Notes under the pieces: model-generated | The model's input: the letters and a program-made list of their open reading frames with translations, nothing else | The model's database searches: none | Told to the model about the DNA's origin: nothing | DNA from: Sumerlaeia bacterium | GTDB lineage: Bacteria; Sumerlaeota; Sumerlaeia; SLMS01; JAHLLQ01 | DNA length: 34,300 nucleotides | Direction: 5' to 3' | NCBI GenBank assembly: GCA_040219255.1 | Contig: JAVJSW010000026.1 | Coordinates: 1-34,300, forward strand | Made by a program: the position numbers and the translations under genes | In this document: positions 1-9,590 of the stretch, piece by piece | How the letters are laid out: each line of letters opens with the position of its first letter | Position numbering within the stretch: position 1 is the first letter of the stretch

Positions 1-138
1 TCGTCGGGACCGGCCTTTGCCTCGGGCTTCCTTCAGACCCCGCCTCGCGGCGACGCCCTTGCCTCCGGCTACTTGTTCCGGTCGTTACGGCCAAGAGAGG
101 ACTCTCACCTCCAAGAAGTCGCGCCATGCGTGGCGCAC
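1..138 (-). mobile_element. 5' end (start of domain I) of a group II intron, probably class IIC; truncated by the window edge
   Basis: Minus strand from 138 reads GTGCGCCACGCATGGCGCG...GGTGAGAGTCC...TAGCCGGAGGCAAGGGCGTC...TCTGAAGGAAGCCCGAGGCAAA. This has the GUGYG 5' boundary and blocks resembling the IIC intron domain I I recall from Oceanobacillus iheyensis. It begins 8 nt after a terminator hairpin, the typical IIC target. Confidence 0.85.
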
Positions 139-172
139 AACAAAAGGCCCCCTTCCACGAGGGCAAGGGGGC
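139..172 (-). terminator. Rho-independent terminator of the suf operon and intron insertion target
   Basis: Perfect 8-bp stem GCCCCCTT (147-154)/AAGGGGGC (165-172), followed on the minus strand by CTTTTGTT; lies just downstream of the last suf gene. Confidence 0.8.
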
Positions 173-209
173 GAATACTTGCATGCAATCGATTTTAGAA
201 CGTTCCGGG

Positions 210-566
210 TCAGAGGAATCCCAGTTCGAGTTTCGCTTCCTCGGACATCAGATCGGGAGACCACGGCGGGTCCCAGACGATTTCGACGTCGGCTTCGTCG
301 ATGCCATCGGTGGAGAGGGTGCGCTGCTCGACTTCGAGGGGAAGCTCCTGCGCCGAGGGGCAGTTCGGCGAGGTCAGGGTCATGGTGACCTTCGCATATT
401 TGCCCGCCACGTCGATGTCGATGTTGTAGATCAGGCCAAGTTCATAGACGTTGACCGGGATTTCCGGGTCGAAGACCTGCTTGATGTTTTCGACGATGGC
501 CTCGCGCAGCTTGGTTCCCGCGGCGATGGGGTCGTCGTCGGTGATGATGGGTTCCTGGTCGGCCAT
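210..566 (-). CDS. sufT: SUF system Fe-S assembly protein, DUF59/SufT-like
   Basis: Motifs VFDPEIPVNVYELGLIY, MTLTSPNCP and VWDPPWSPDLMSEEAKLELG; GAGGAG RBS; last gene of the suf operon. Confidence 0.88.
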   Translation of the reverse strand: MADQEPIITDDDPIAAGTKLREAIVENIKQVFDPEIPVNVYELGLIYNIDIDVAGKYAKVTMTLTSPNCPSAQELPLEVEQRTLSTDGIDEADVEIVWDPPWSPDLMSEEAKLELGFL

Positions 567-603
567 AGGCGGCTTCTCCTCGCGGGCGGGAAAGGGTTGA
601 GAT

Positions 604-1929
604 TTAGTGAGGCAGGCGATCCATCATCAACTCCTCGACCTTTTCGCGGAGCGGGTCGATCTTGATGCGGTCGGTGATGTCGCCCGCGAAAGCCTGGACG
701 AGCATATTCCGCGCCTTGCCGGCGGGGATGCCGCGGCTCTTCAGGTAGAACAGCGAGGCCTCGTCCATCTGGCCGATGGTGGCGCCGTGGGTGCACTTCA
801 CGTCGTCGGCGTAGATTTCCAACTGGGGCTTGGTGTTCACGCGGGCCGTGGGCGAGAGCAGAAGGTTCTGGTTCGTCTGCTTGGCATCGGTCTTCTGGGC
901 TTCCGGGTGGACGTAGATGCGGCCGGTGAAGACGGCGCTGGACTGGTCGTCGAGGATGCCCTTGAAGAGTTCGTGGCTCGGGATGTTGACCTGGCAGTGC
1001 TCGGCCCACATCCAGTTGTCCACGTGCTGCTTGCCGCGCAGCATGTAGAGCCCGTTGATGATGGCCTCGCTGGCTTCGCCTTCCAGCTTGGCGTAGTAAT
1101 CGTTGCGGGTCATGCGGCCGCCGAAGGTGATGGTGTGGCTGCGGAAGACGCTGTTGCGGTCCTGCACGGAGGACATTTCCGTCGTGCCGAGGGCGCTCTC
1201 GTCTTCGAGTTGCAACCGATAGTGATCGACGTAGGCGCGGGGGCCAAGGGCCGCTTCCAACACCACGTTGGTGTAGTTGCCGGCGCCCTCGCCAAGGCTG
1301 CAATGGGACTCGATGACGGTGCCGATGCTGCCTTCCTCGGCCACGAACAGATTGCGCACGTAGGCGGCCTTGGGGGTCGAGCCCTTCGTGTTCAGGAACA
1401 GCAGGTGGACCGGGGTTTCGACCGTTGCGGCCTTGGCCAGGTGAATCAGAACGCCCACGTGCATGTAGGCCGTGTTCAGCGCCACAAAGGGGTCGTTCTG
1501 GTAATCGGCGATCTGGCCCAGGTGGCGGCGCAGGATTTCCGTGTGGGTTTCCGTGGCGTGGCTGAAGGGAACGACCGTCAAGCCCGCGGGCTTGGTCGTC
1601 ATGTTCGACAGGTCGCTGCGGAAACGCCCATCCACGAACACCAGCCGGATGGCGTCGGGAAGCCCGTACATGTAGGGTTCGAGGTCGTCCTTGGTCAGCT
1701 CGGCGCCACCGGGGTCGCCAGCGGTGAAGGTGCCTTCGGCGATGGGCGTCAGGTCCGTGAAGCGGTAGTTTTCGTCGCGCTTCGCGGGAAAGCCCATTTC
1801 TGTGAAGCGCTTGAAGGCGGCGGTGCGCAGCTCGCCGAGCCAGGCCGGTTCGGATTCAGCCTGCGCGGCGGACCAGCCCACGAAATCATGGGTGAAGGAA
1901 TCGTTGAGAATGGCTGCTTTTTCGGCCAT
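604..1929 (-). CDS. sufD: Fe-S cluster assembly protein SufD
   Basis: ENYRFTDL, QKTDAKQTNQNLLLS, KPQLEIYADDVKCTHGATIGQ and FYLKSRGI. Start set at MAEK (1929), which follows an AAGGAG RBS. Confidence 0.95.
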   Translation of the reverse strand: MAEKAAILNDSFTHDFVGWSAAQAESEPAWLGELRTAAFKRFTEMGFPAKRDENYRFTDLTPIAEGTFTAGDPGGAELTKDDLEPYMYGLPDAIRLVFVDGRFRSDLSNMTTKPAGLTVVPFSHATETHTEILRRHLGQIADYQNDPFVALNTAYMHVGVLIHLAKAATVETPVHLLFLNTKGSTPKAAYVRNLFVAEEGSIGTVIESHCSLGEGAGNYTNVVLEAALGPRAYVDHYRLQLEDESALGTTEMSSVQDRNSVFRSHTITFGGRMTRNDYYAKLEGEASEAIINGLYMLRGKQHVDNWMWAEHCQVNIPSHELFKGILDDQSSAVFTGRIYVHPEAQKTDAKQTNQNLLLSPTARVNTKPQLEIYADDVKCTHGATIGQMDEASLFYLKSRGIPAGKARNMLVQAFAGDITDRIKIDPLREKVEELMMDRLPH

Positions 1930-1969
1930 GGTTCGATGGTGCTCCTTGTGCGGGTCGAGGGTCTCTGTC

Positions 1970-2069
1970 GTAGCACGGGCGTCCCGCCCGTGACCGGCCA
2001 ACTCTTCGGATACGGAAGCGTCCTGGACACGCCAAGATCTTCCGGCCATGGGCAAGAGGCCCATGGTAC
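1970..2069. repeat. Inverted pair of REP-like palindromes (REPIN-like doublet)
   Basis: GTAGCACGGGCGTCCCGCCCGTG on + (1970-1992) and GTACCATGGGCCTCTTGCCCATG on - (2069-2047). Same length and layout: GTAG/GTAC foot plus a 7-bp hairpin, with a compensatory stem change. Confidence 0.6.
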
Positions 2070-2076
2070 ACAGAGC

Positions 2077-2853
2077 TTAGCTGGCGGCGCCGGCGTGGCG
2101 GATCGCCTTGGCCCAATCGTAGCCCTCTTCCTCGAGGCGCAGGGCGAGGGTCTTGTCGCCCGACTCGATGATCCGGCCGTTCACCAGAACGTGCACGAAA
2201 TCCGGTTCGATGTAATTCAGAAGCCGCTGATAGTGTGTCACCACGATGAAACTGCGGTCGGGCGAGCGCATCGCGTTCACGCCCTTGGCGACGACCTTGA
2301 GGGCGTCGATGTCGAGGCCCGAATCGGTTTCGTCGAGGACGCAGAGCTTGGGCTCGAGGACGGCCATCTGGAGGATTTCGTTGCGCTTCTTCTCGCCGCC
2401 GGAGAAGCCGACGTTGACCGAGCGCTTGAGCATTTGCTCGTCGATTTCGACCAGCTTGGCCTTCTCGCGGATCAGCTTGAGGAAATCGCCGGCGCTCATC
2501 TCGTCCTTGCCGTTGGCTTCGCGGATCGAGTTGAGGCAGCTGCGCAGGAAGTAGTTGTTCGTAATGCCGGGGATTTCCACCGGGTACTGGAACGCCATGA
2601 AGATGCCCTTGTGGGCGCGCTCGTCGGCACCATCTTCCAGGATGCTTTCGCCTTCCAGAAGGACGTCGCCGTCGGTGATTTCGTAATCTTCGGCGCCCGC
2701 CAGGATGCGGGCAAGGGTGCTCTTGCCCGAGCCGTTCGGACCCATGATGGCGTGCACTTCGCCGGGCCCGACCTTCAGGTCCAGACCGTGCAGAATTTCT
2801 TTGGCATCGCCTTCGTCGTCGATGCGGGCGTGAAGGTTTTTGATCTCAAGCAT
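2077..2853 (-). CDS. sufC: Fe-S cluster assembly ATPase SufC
   Basis: Starts MLEIKNLHA after a GGAG RBS; Walker A GPNGSGKST, FQYPVEIPG, FSGGEKKRNE, LDETDSGLDID, VTHYQRLL. Confidence 0.96.
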   Translation of the reverse strand: MLEIKNLHARIDDEGDAKEILHGLDLKVGPGEVHAIMGPNGSGKSTLARILAGAEDYEITDGDVLLEGESILEDGADERAHKGIFMAFQYPVEIPGITNNYFLRSCLNSIREANGKDEMSAGDFLKLIREKAKLVEIDEQMLKRSVNVGFSGGEKKRNEILQMAVLEPKLCVLDETDSGLDIDALKVVAKGVNAMRSPDRSFIVVTHYQRLLNYIEPDFVHVLVNGRIIESGDKTLALRLEEEGYDWAKAIRHAGAAS

Positions 2854-3645
2854 GGCGTGTGTATTCTCCAAGGTGTCTTTCTTCGTTTGTTTTGTTCGAG
2901 TTGAATCGGGGGAACGCTTCGGTGGCGTTGCGAAAATCTTGTGAGCCGTTTCGATCTGCTGAGCAAAGAACGACCCGTCTTTCCCCAGCGCCTTCAAGTC
3001 TGTCAGCAGCGTCGCGAGTTGTGCTTTCGCTGCCGCATTCTCTGAACTCCTCAGGATTTTGGCTGACAGGGCGAATCCCTCGGAGAGCAGCTTTTCTTCT
3101 CCGGACCCGGCCTGCGCGGCGAACATCGCGGCTTGCTCGAACGCGTCCTGCGTCTTGACCCGAACTTGCGCCACATCGCAGCACAACCGATGCGCCCCCA
3201 GCAGCCACCAGGCCCGCGACAGAATCAGCGGGGCCTTCTTCAAATCTTCCGTCAGCGCCAGATGCTCCTCCGCCGCTTCCAGGCCTCGCCGCTGCTCCAT
3301 CGCCGGAACCCAGATGCCCTCGTCGCCCCAACCCGGCCACGTATTCGCCGCGAGGTTGTAGAGAAGCGTCTTGCGGCTGCCGAGGACCGAGAGGAGCGCC
3401 TTCTCATCGTCCTTCGCGGTTGATGCCAGGAGGCACTTCGTCTCCTCCAACCCCGCCTCAAAGAACCGCACCGCCATCGGCACGTCCTTGCGCTCGCTGT
3501 ACGTCCGGCGGCCCAAGTCATCGAACACGCGGGGCGCGCCGCCTTCCTTTGCCTGAGAAACCACCACGTTGCAGGCCGCATCGAAACCACGAGACCCGAG
3601 GGTCTCCCAGGCGGTGTCTGATAGAGTGGGGGTTTCCTGAGTCAT
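2854..3645 (-). CDS. Hypothetical alpha-helical (TPR-like) protein of about 240 aa; no stop codon, reads in frame into sufC
   Basis: ATG at 3645 overlaps the upstream stop (ATGA). Contains YNLAANTWPGWG and LSRAWWLLGAH and helical composition. The ORF stays open to the sufC stop at 2077. Confidence 0.65.
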
Positions 3646-3989
3646 TGCGGATACGACCTTGAGCCAAGGCTTTCAGACGTCAGCTCTCTTTCCCGAAAGT
3701 ACAAAAACAGGGGCAGCGCGCAGGACAAACCCACCACGCAATTGACCGCCACAAAAACCCAGGGCGAAGGCATCCCGCCCACGCGGCGCGTTTCGGTGAA
3801 AACGAAGGGCCAGAAGGCGAGAATCGAAATCAGCAGATCGGCCACAAACGCCGCCGACAGCCTGTTCCACCACACCAACTCAGCCACTTGCTCCCAAGCC
3901 AACCCGTTCTCCGCCAGCCACCAAAGCCCCACCAGAAGAGGGAAGCAGCCGATGGCGGCGAGGACGAGGTAGAGGCGCCGGAGGGTCAC
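3642..3989 (-). CDS. Small membrane protein, DUF2834-like
   Basis: Three hydrophobic segments, motifs AFVADLLIS and VGLSCALPLFLYFRE; GTG start 12 nt after the sufB stop. Confidence 0.75.
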   Translation of the reverse strand: MTLRRLYLVLAAIGCFPLLVGLWWLAENGLAWEQVAELVWWNRLSAAFVADLLISILAFWPFVFTETRRVGGMPSPWVFVAVNCVVGLSCALPLFLYFRERELTSESLGSRSYPQ

Positions 3990-4001
3990 CGAACCCGGCC
4001 C

Positions 4002-5462
<1,461 letters not shown>

Positions 5463-5559
5463 GAGCGTTTTCCTCGGTTGGGTTTGATGAGTCGGTCAGG
5501 GGGTCGAAGGCGTCTTGGGTCTTGGTTGAGCGGCGCGCGTGCCAGGACAGAGGCGGCGG

Positions 5560-6111
5560 TTACACATTCTGTATCGTGGTCATCCATCGGGGGGCATCGA
5601 GCCCCACGCGGCCGACCGGCAGCGCCGGGGGTGGCATGGCGCGCACGGGCGGCGGCGGTTGCGGCGCGGCGGCTTTCGCCTGTTTCGCGCGCAGAGGCCG
5701 GGCGACTTCCCGCAGGTCGATGCGCCGGAAGACCGCCAGCACCTCGTCGTTGATGCGCTTCCACATCGCGCAGGACGGGCAGGCGTCCTCAAGAAAACAG
5801 GCGCGGCCGCCTTCTTCCGAACACTCCGTCAAAGCCATCGGCCCTTCGAGCACATCGACCACTTCCGCCAGGGAAATCGCTTCCGGCGCGCGGGCCAGCC
5901 GGTAGCCACCGGCCGCGCCGCGGTGCGAGGCCAGAATGCCGCCCTTGGCGAGAGCCTTCAAAATCTTGCTGACGGTCGGCGGCGGCACGCCGCTGCGATC
6001 CGCCAGGTCGCGGGCGCTGAGGCCTTCCGAGGCGTCGCCCCGGGCGAAATCGGCCACCATGTGGGCCAAAAGGACCACGCCGTAATCGGTCAGTTTTGTC
6101 ACGCGCAGCAT
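5560..6111 (-). CDS. Rrf2-family (IscR/SufR-like) regulator of the suf operon
   Basis: Typical start MLRVTKLTDYG; winged HTH with SHRGAAGGYRLAR; Cys cluster TEC-x7-C-x5-C; first gene of the operon. Confidence 0.92.
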   Translation of the reverse strand: MLRVTKLTDYGVVLLAHMVADFARGDASEGLSARDLADRSGVPPPTVSKILKALAKGGILASHRGAAGGYRLARAPEAISLAEVVDVLEGPMALTECSEEGGRACFLEDACPSCAMWKRINDEVLAVFRRIDLREVARPLRAKQAKAAAPQPPPPVRAMPPPALPVGRVGLDAPRWMTTIQNV

Positions 6112-6145
6112 GTGGCAAAAAAGCCCAAGGGCCAGCTCCCGGAGG

Positions 6146-6170
6146 AATTGGGACCAAATTGGTTCCCATT
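6146..6170. promoter_or_regulatory. Candidate Rrf2 operator (imperfect palindrome)
   Basis: AATTGGGACCAAATTGGTTCCCATT, an AT-rich dyad about 35 nt upstream of the Rrf2 start and just downstream of a candidate promoter. Confidence 0.6.
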
Positions 6171-6185
6171 CACGCCGGGATGCGA

Positions 6186-6213
6186 ATACTATGCCATGAA
6201 ACCTGGATGGCAA
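6186..6213 (-). promoter_or_regulatory. Candidate sigma70 promoter for the suf operon
   Basis: Minus strand TTGCCA (6213-6208), 16-nt spacer, TAGTAT (6191-6186). Confidence 0.45.
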
Positions 6214-6466
6214 GCATGAATCTCGGACGATCCGCGAGTCTTGGCGGGGACGCCCTGAAGGCGGGCGCGAGTCCCGGCCCGATGGCGCGGGGCGAGACGA
6301 GGCCTCGAAGAAAAGTCGCATCCCTGGGTCCCGCCGCGCTCCCTTCCGTCTTGACCATCATGGCCGCTTCTTTCATAAATGAGGGTGTAGAGGATAGACC
6401 TCCTTCGGTCTTTTCTTTTGCTCTGCCCGTCCCGATGCCTTTAGGGTCCCCATAGAGGTTTGCCCC

Positions 6467-8131
6467 GTGCCATCAGTCCTGACCCAAGACCTGAGTCTCC
6501 TCCCCGGCATTTCCGACTGTATATCGGACGTGAACGAGCGGATTATGGAGTTCGCCTCGGATGACGCGCCGGTGCTGCTGAGCGGCGAGCCGGGGACGGA
6601 AAAGGCCTTCGTGGCCAAGCTGATCCACCAGCACAGCCAGCGGCGCGACGGGCCGCTGCTGAAACTTTCGGTGTCGTGGAAACTGCCGGCGGATATGGCC
6701 GAGCACGTGCAGCGCTCGCAGGATGGTTCGCTGATCGTGTACCTGCAACGCGATTTCCCGCCCGACATGCAGTACTCGATCCTGGAAATCGCGGGCGATG
6801 GCGTGATGGCGGATCCGATGACGGGCGACTTGCTCCGTGCCGACGCGCGGATCATCCTGATCGCGGGGCATCAGTACGACCGCTTCACGGAGCGCAACTC
6901 GCTCTTGCCGGAGCTTCAGGAGATGCTGAGTCCGCGGCGGCTGGAAATCCCGCCGATCCGCGAGCGCTCGGAGGACATTCCGGCGCTGGTGCGATACGCC
7001 ACGCGGCGCGCCCGGGAAACGGGCCGCACGCAGGCCAAGAGCGCGGATCCGCAAGTGCTGGCTCTCTTCCGCCAATGGCACTGGCCCAAGAATGCGGAGG
7101 ACCTGCTGCTGATCACGGCGGAGGCGGCGCTGAACACGTCGGGCGAACTGATCACCCTGGCGGACCTGCCGGAGCATTTCCTCAATCAGGTTTCGCGCGA
7201 TGTGCTCGACGCCGCCCGCAACGTGCGCGTGACGCGGCAGTCGCAGTACACACCTATGGCGGTGGACTCGCCGACACCGATGCCTCAGATCAAGGAGCGC
7301 ACGCCGCAGGTCTACGAAGTCACGACGGACCGCGAAGATTCGGACGCGCGCGATTCGGACGCCGATTATCTCCATCAGCAACAGTCGCGGGAAGAGGAGG
7401 AGGCGGAGGCGGAGAAGAAACGGGTTGATCGCTTGGTGACGCTGGCCAAGCGCCTGAACGCCCAATCGCAACTGTTGCAGCGCCAGATCGACGGCCCCCT
7501 GGAGGGGCGCATCGGCGCCTTGACGGGATTCCTGACGTTTCAGATGCCGGAGCAGTTGACGGAGGAGGATGAGGCGATCCAGACGCTGGAGACGGAGTTG
7601 GATCGCGGCCTGGACTCGATTCTGGCTCTGCGGCGCCAACTGGCCAAACTCAACCGGCGGGAGGCGGACCACCTCTCCACGGTGCGCGATCTTTACACGC
7701 GGCTTATGTTGGTCGAGCGCGGTATCGGTTCGGCCGTCAAGGACGACGAGTCGCGCGTGGAAGCGCTGGAATTGACGAAGAACCTGCGACTGATCGGCGA
7801 GGCGATCCTGAAGGTGAAGGAGAACTTCCCCGAACTCGGCAAGCAACTCGAGGTAAACTTCACCAGCGCGCTGCCGGAGAAGGAAGCGACGACGCTGCAA
7901 GGTCTGGTGAACAACGGAGGCGATATGCCGACGGAGCAGATCGAGCGGCCAAACGAGCTGCTGGCGAGCGAGTCCACCACGCAGGAGCTGAAAATTCCCG
8001 TCGCCCACGACGAGGAAGAGACGCGCCCACCCTTCGAGTTGAATCCGGGCGACAACCGCCCCGTCAATATCCACGCGGAAGAAACCGGTCCGCTGGATAT
8101 CGAAAGCATCAAGCGCCGAGCCGGCGAATAG
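6467..8131 (+). CDS. Degenerate sigma54-activator (NtrC-like) AAA+ domain protein with long coiled-coil/acidic C-terminus
   Basis: PVLLSGEPGTEK...LIHQHSQR, DARII, IPPIRERSEDIPAL and WHWPKN align with the bacterial enhancer-binding protein AAA+ domain. No receiver domain, no GAFTGA loop, no evident Fis-type HTH. Confidence 0.75.
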   Translation: MPSVLTQDLSLLPGISDCISDVNERIMEFASDDAPVLLSGEPGTEKAFVAKLIHQHSQRRDGPLLKLSVSWKLPADMAEHVQRSQDGSLIVYLQRDFPPDMQYSILEIAGDGVMADPMTGDLLRADARIILIAGHQYDRFTERNSLLPELQEMLSPRRLEIPPIRERSEDIPALVRYATRRARETGRTQAKSADPQVLALFRQWHWPKNAEDLLLITAEAALNTSGELITLADLPEHFLNQVSRDVLDAARNVRVTRQSQYTPMAVDSPTPMPQIKERTPQVYEVTTDREDSDARDSDADYLHQQQSREEEEAEAEKKRVDRLVTLAKRLNAQSQLLQRQIDGPLEGRIGALTGFLTFQMPEQLTEEDEAIQTLETELDRGLDSILALRRQLAKLNRREADHLSTVRDLYTRLMLVERGIGSAVKDDESRVEALELTKNLRLIGEAILKVKENFPELGKQLEVNFTSALPEKEATTLQGLVNNGGDMPTEQIERPNELLASESTTQELKIPVAHDEEETRPPFELNPGDNRPVNIHAEETGPLDIESIKRRAGE

Positions 8132-8172
8132 TCCCGCGACCCAACATTTTCCACGTTCATTTGCCCGCTCTC

Positions 8173-8532
8173 ATGACCCAGCCCGATGACGTGACGTTCG
8201 ACGATTTCCTGAAGCTCGACATCCGGGTGGGGCGCGTCTTGGAAGCCGCTCCGCTGGAGAAGGCCCGCAAGCCCGCCTATCGCCTCGCGATCGATTTCGG
8301 CCCGGAACTCGGTACCCGCCAGTCCAGCGCCCAAATCACCGAAGCCTATGAAGCGCAAGCCCTCGTCGGGCGTCTGGTCATGGCCGTGGTGAATTTTCCG
8401 CCGCGCCGCGTGGCGGGGTTCAAGAGCGAGGTGCTGACGCTGGGGGTTTACAGTTCTGGCGGCGAGGGGCCGGTGGTTTTGATCGGGCCGGACGATCACG
8501 GGGCGGTGCGGCCGGGCGACCGCTTAGGATGA
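8173..8532 (+). CDS. csaA: CsaA-family tRNA-binding/export chaperone
   Basis: FDDFLKLDIRVG, ARKPAYRLAIDFG, SSAQIT, VVNFPPRRVAGFKSEVLTLG. Confidence 0.92.
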   Translation: MTQPDDVTFDDFLKLDIRVGRVLEAAPLEKARKPAYRLAIDFGPELGTRQSSAQITEAYEAQALVGRLVMAVVNFPPRRVAGFKSEVLTLGVYSSGGEGPVVLIGPDDHGAVRPGDRLG

Positions 8533-9585
8533 TTTCAGAGCGTCAACGGTCTCGCGGACGGCGAAGTCGATGTCGTCTCGGCTGACGTCGAGGTGCGTCA
8601 CGGCGCGGATGCGGACGGGGCCGTTGGGCCCGAGGCGCACGCTGTGATCGCTCAGCAGACGGGACAGGAATTCGCCCCGTTCGATCCCCAGACCATCCAC
8701 CCGAAAGAAGACCATGTTGGTTTCCGGTGCTTCGACGGCGAGGCCGGCGATGTCGCTCAGCCCCGCCGCAAGGCGCTCGGCGTTGGCGTGATCTTCGGCG
8801 AGGCGCTCGAAATTGTGATCGAGGGCGTACAGACAGGCGGCCGCCAGGATGCCGCTCTGGCGCATGGCGCCGCCAAGCTGGTGCTTCACGCGCCAGGCCT
8901 CGCGGATCAGATCGGCGCTCGCCGCGAAGACGGAGCCCACAGGGCAGCCCATGCCCTTTGTAAAGTCCACCCAGACGGTGTCGAATCGTTCGCAGTACTC
9001 GCTGGCCGTTACACCGGACTTGACGACGGCGTTCCAAAGGCGGGCGCCATCCATGTGACAGGCGAGCCCGTGCTCTCGGGCCTCGGCGGTGACGGCGCGG
9101 AGGGCATCCAGGCTCCAGACCTTGCCACCGCCGACGTTGGTGGTTTGCTCGACGGAGAGAACCCGCGAGCGCGGATGGTGGTTGATGTGGGGCGGGCGGA
9201 TGGCCTGGCGGACCTGCTGTGCATCGAAGAGCCCATCGGGCCCAGAGAGCAACCGGACCGAGGCTCCGGCCAGGGCGGCGGGGGCGCCGACCTCGTAATT
9301 GACCGCGTGATAGCTGTCGTGGATCAGGATTTCGTCGCCGGGCCGGCAATGGAGGCGATAGGCGATCGAATTGCACATACAGCCGGAGGGCAGAAAAATG
9401 GCGTCTTCTTTGCCGAGTAACTCGCACACCCGCTCGAGCAACCGGTTGGTGGTGGGATCTTCGCGCTTCTGCTCATCGCCGACGACGGCTTCCGCCATGG
9501 CGCGCCGCATTCCGGGCGAGGGGCGGGTGGCCGTGTCGCTGACGAGTTCGACGCGGATTCCGGGGGGAAGAGGGTAAGAAGGCAT
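8524..9585 (-). CDS. ltaE: Low-specificity L-threonine aldolase family protein (PLP)
   Basis: SDTATRPS, VGDE..EDPT, HMDGARLWNA, PLP lysine in FTKGMG, GGAMRQSG, IRAVTHLDV. Start set at 9585, just after the patatin stop. Confidence 0.88.
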   Translation of the reverse strand: MPSYPLPPGIRVELVSDTATRPSPGMRRAMAEAVVGDEQKREDPTTNRLLERVCELLGKEDAIFLPSGCMCNSIAYRLHCRPGDEILIHDSYHAVNYEVGAPAALAGASVRLLSGPDGLFDAQQVRQAIRPPHINHHPRSRVLSVEQTTNVGGGKVWSLDALRAVTAEAREHGLACHMDGARLWNAVVKSGVTASEYCERFDTVWVDFTKGMGCPVGSVFAASADLIREAWRVKHQLGGAMRQSGILAAACLYALDHNFERLAEDHANAERLAAGLSDIAGLAVEAPETNMVFFRVDGLGIERGEFLSRLLSDHSVRLGPNGPVRIRAVTHLDVSRDDIDFAVRETVDALKSS

Positions 9586-9590
9586 GCGGC

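Noticed and set aside
17-665. Plus-strand ORFs 17..388 and 126..665
   Set aside because: They are antisense to sufT, the terminator and the intron RNA, and have no protein-like motifs.
1930-2064. N-terminal extension of SufD in the ORF track
   Set aside because: It runs through the REP-like palindromes; the RBS supports the start at 1929.
607-2904. 765-aa plus-strand ORF
   Set aside because: Antisense shadow of sufD/sufC, typical of high-GC coding sequence.
6473-8074. 533-aa minus-strand ORF
   Set aside because: Antisense shadow of the AAA+-like gene.
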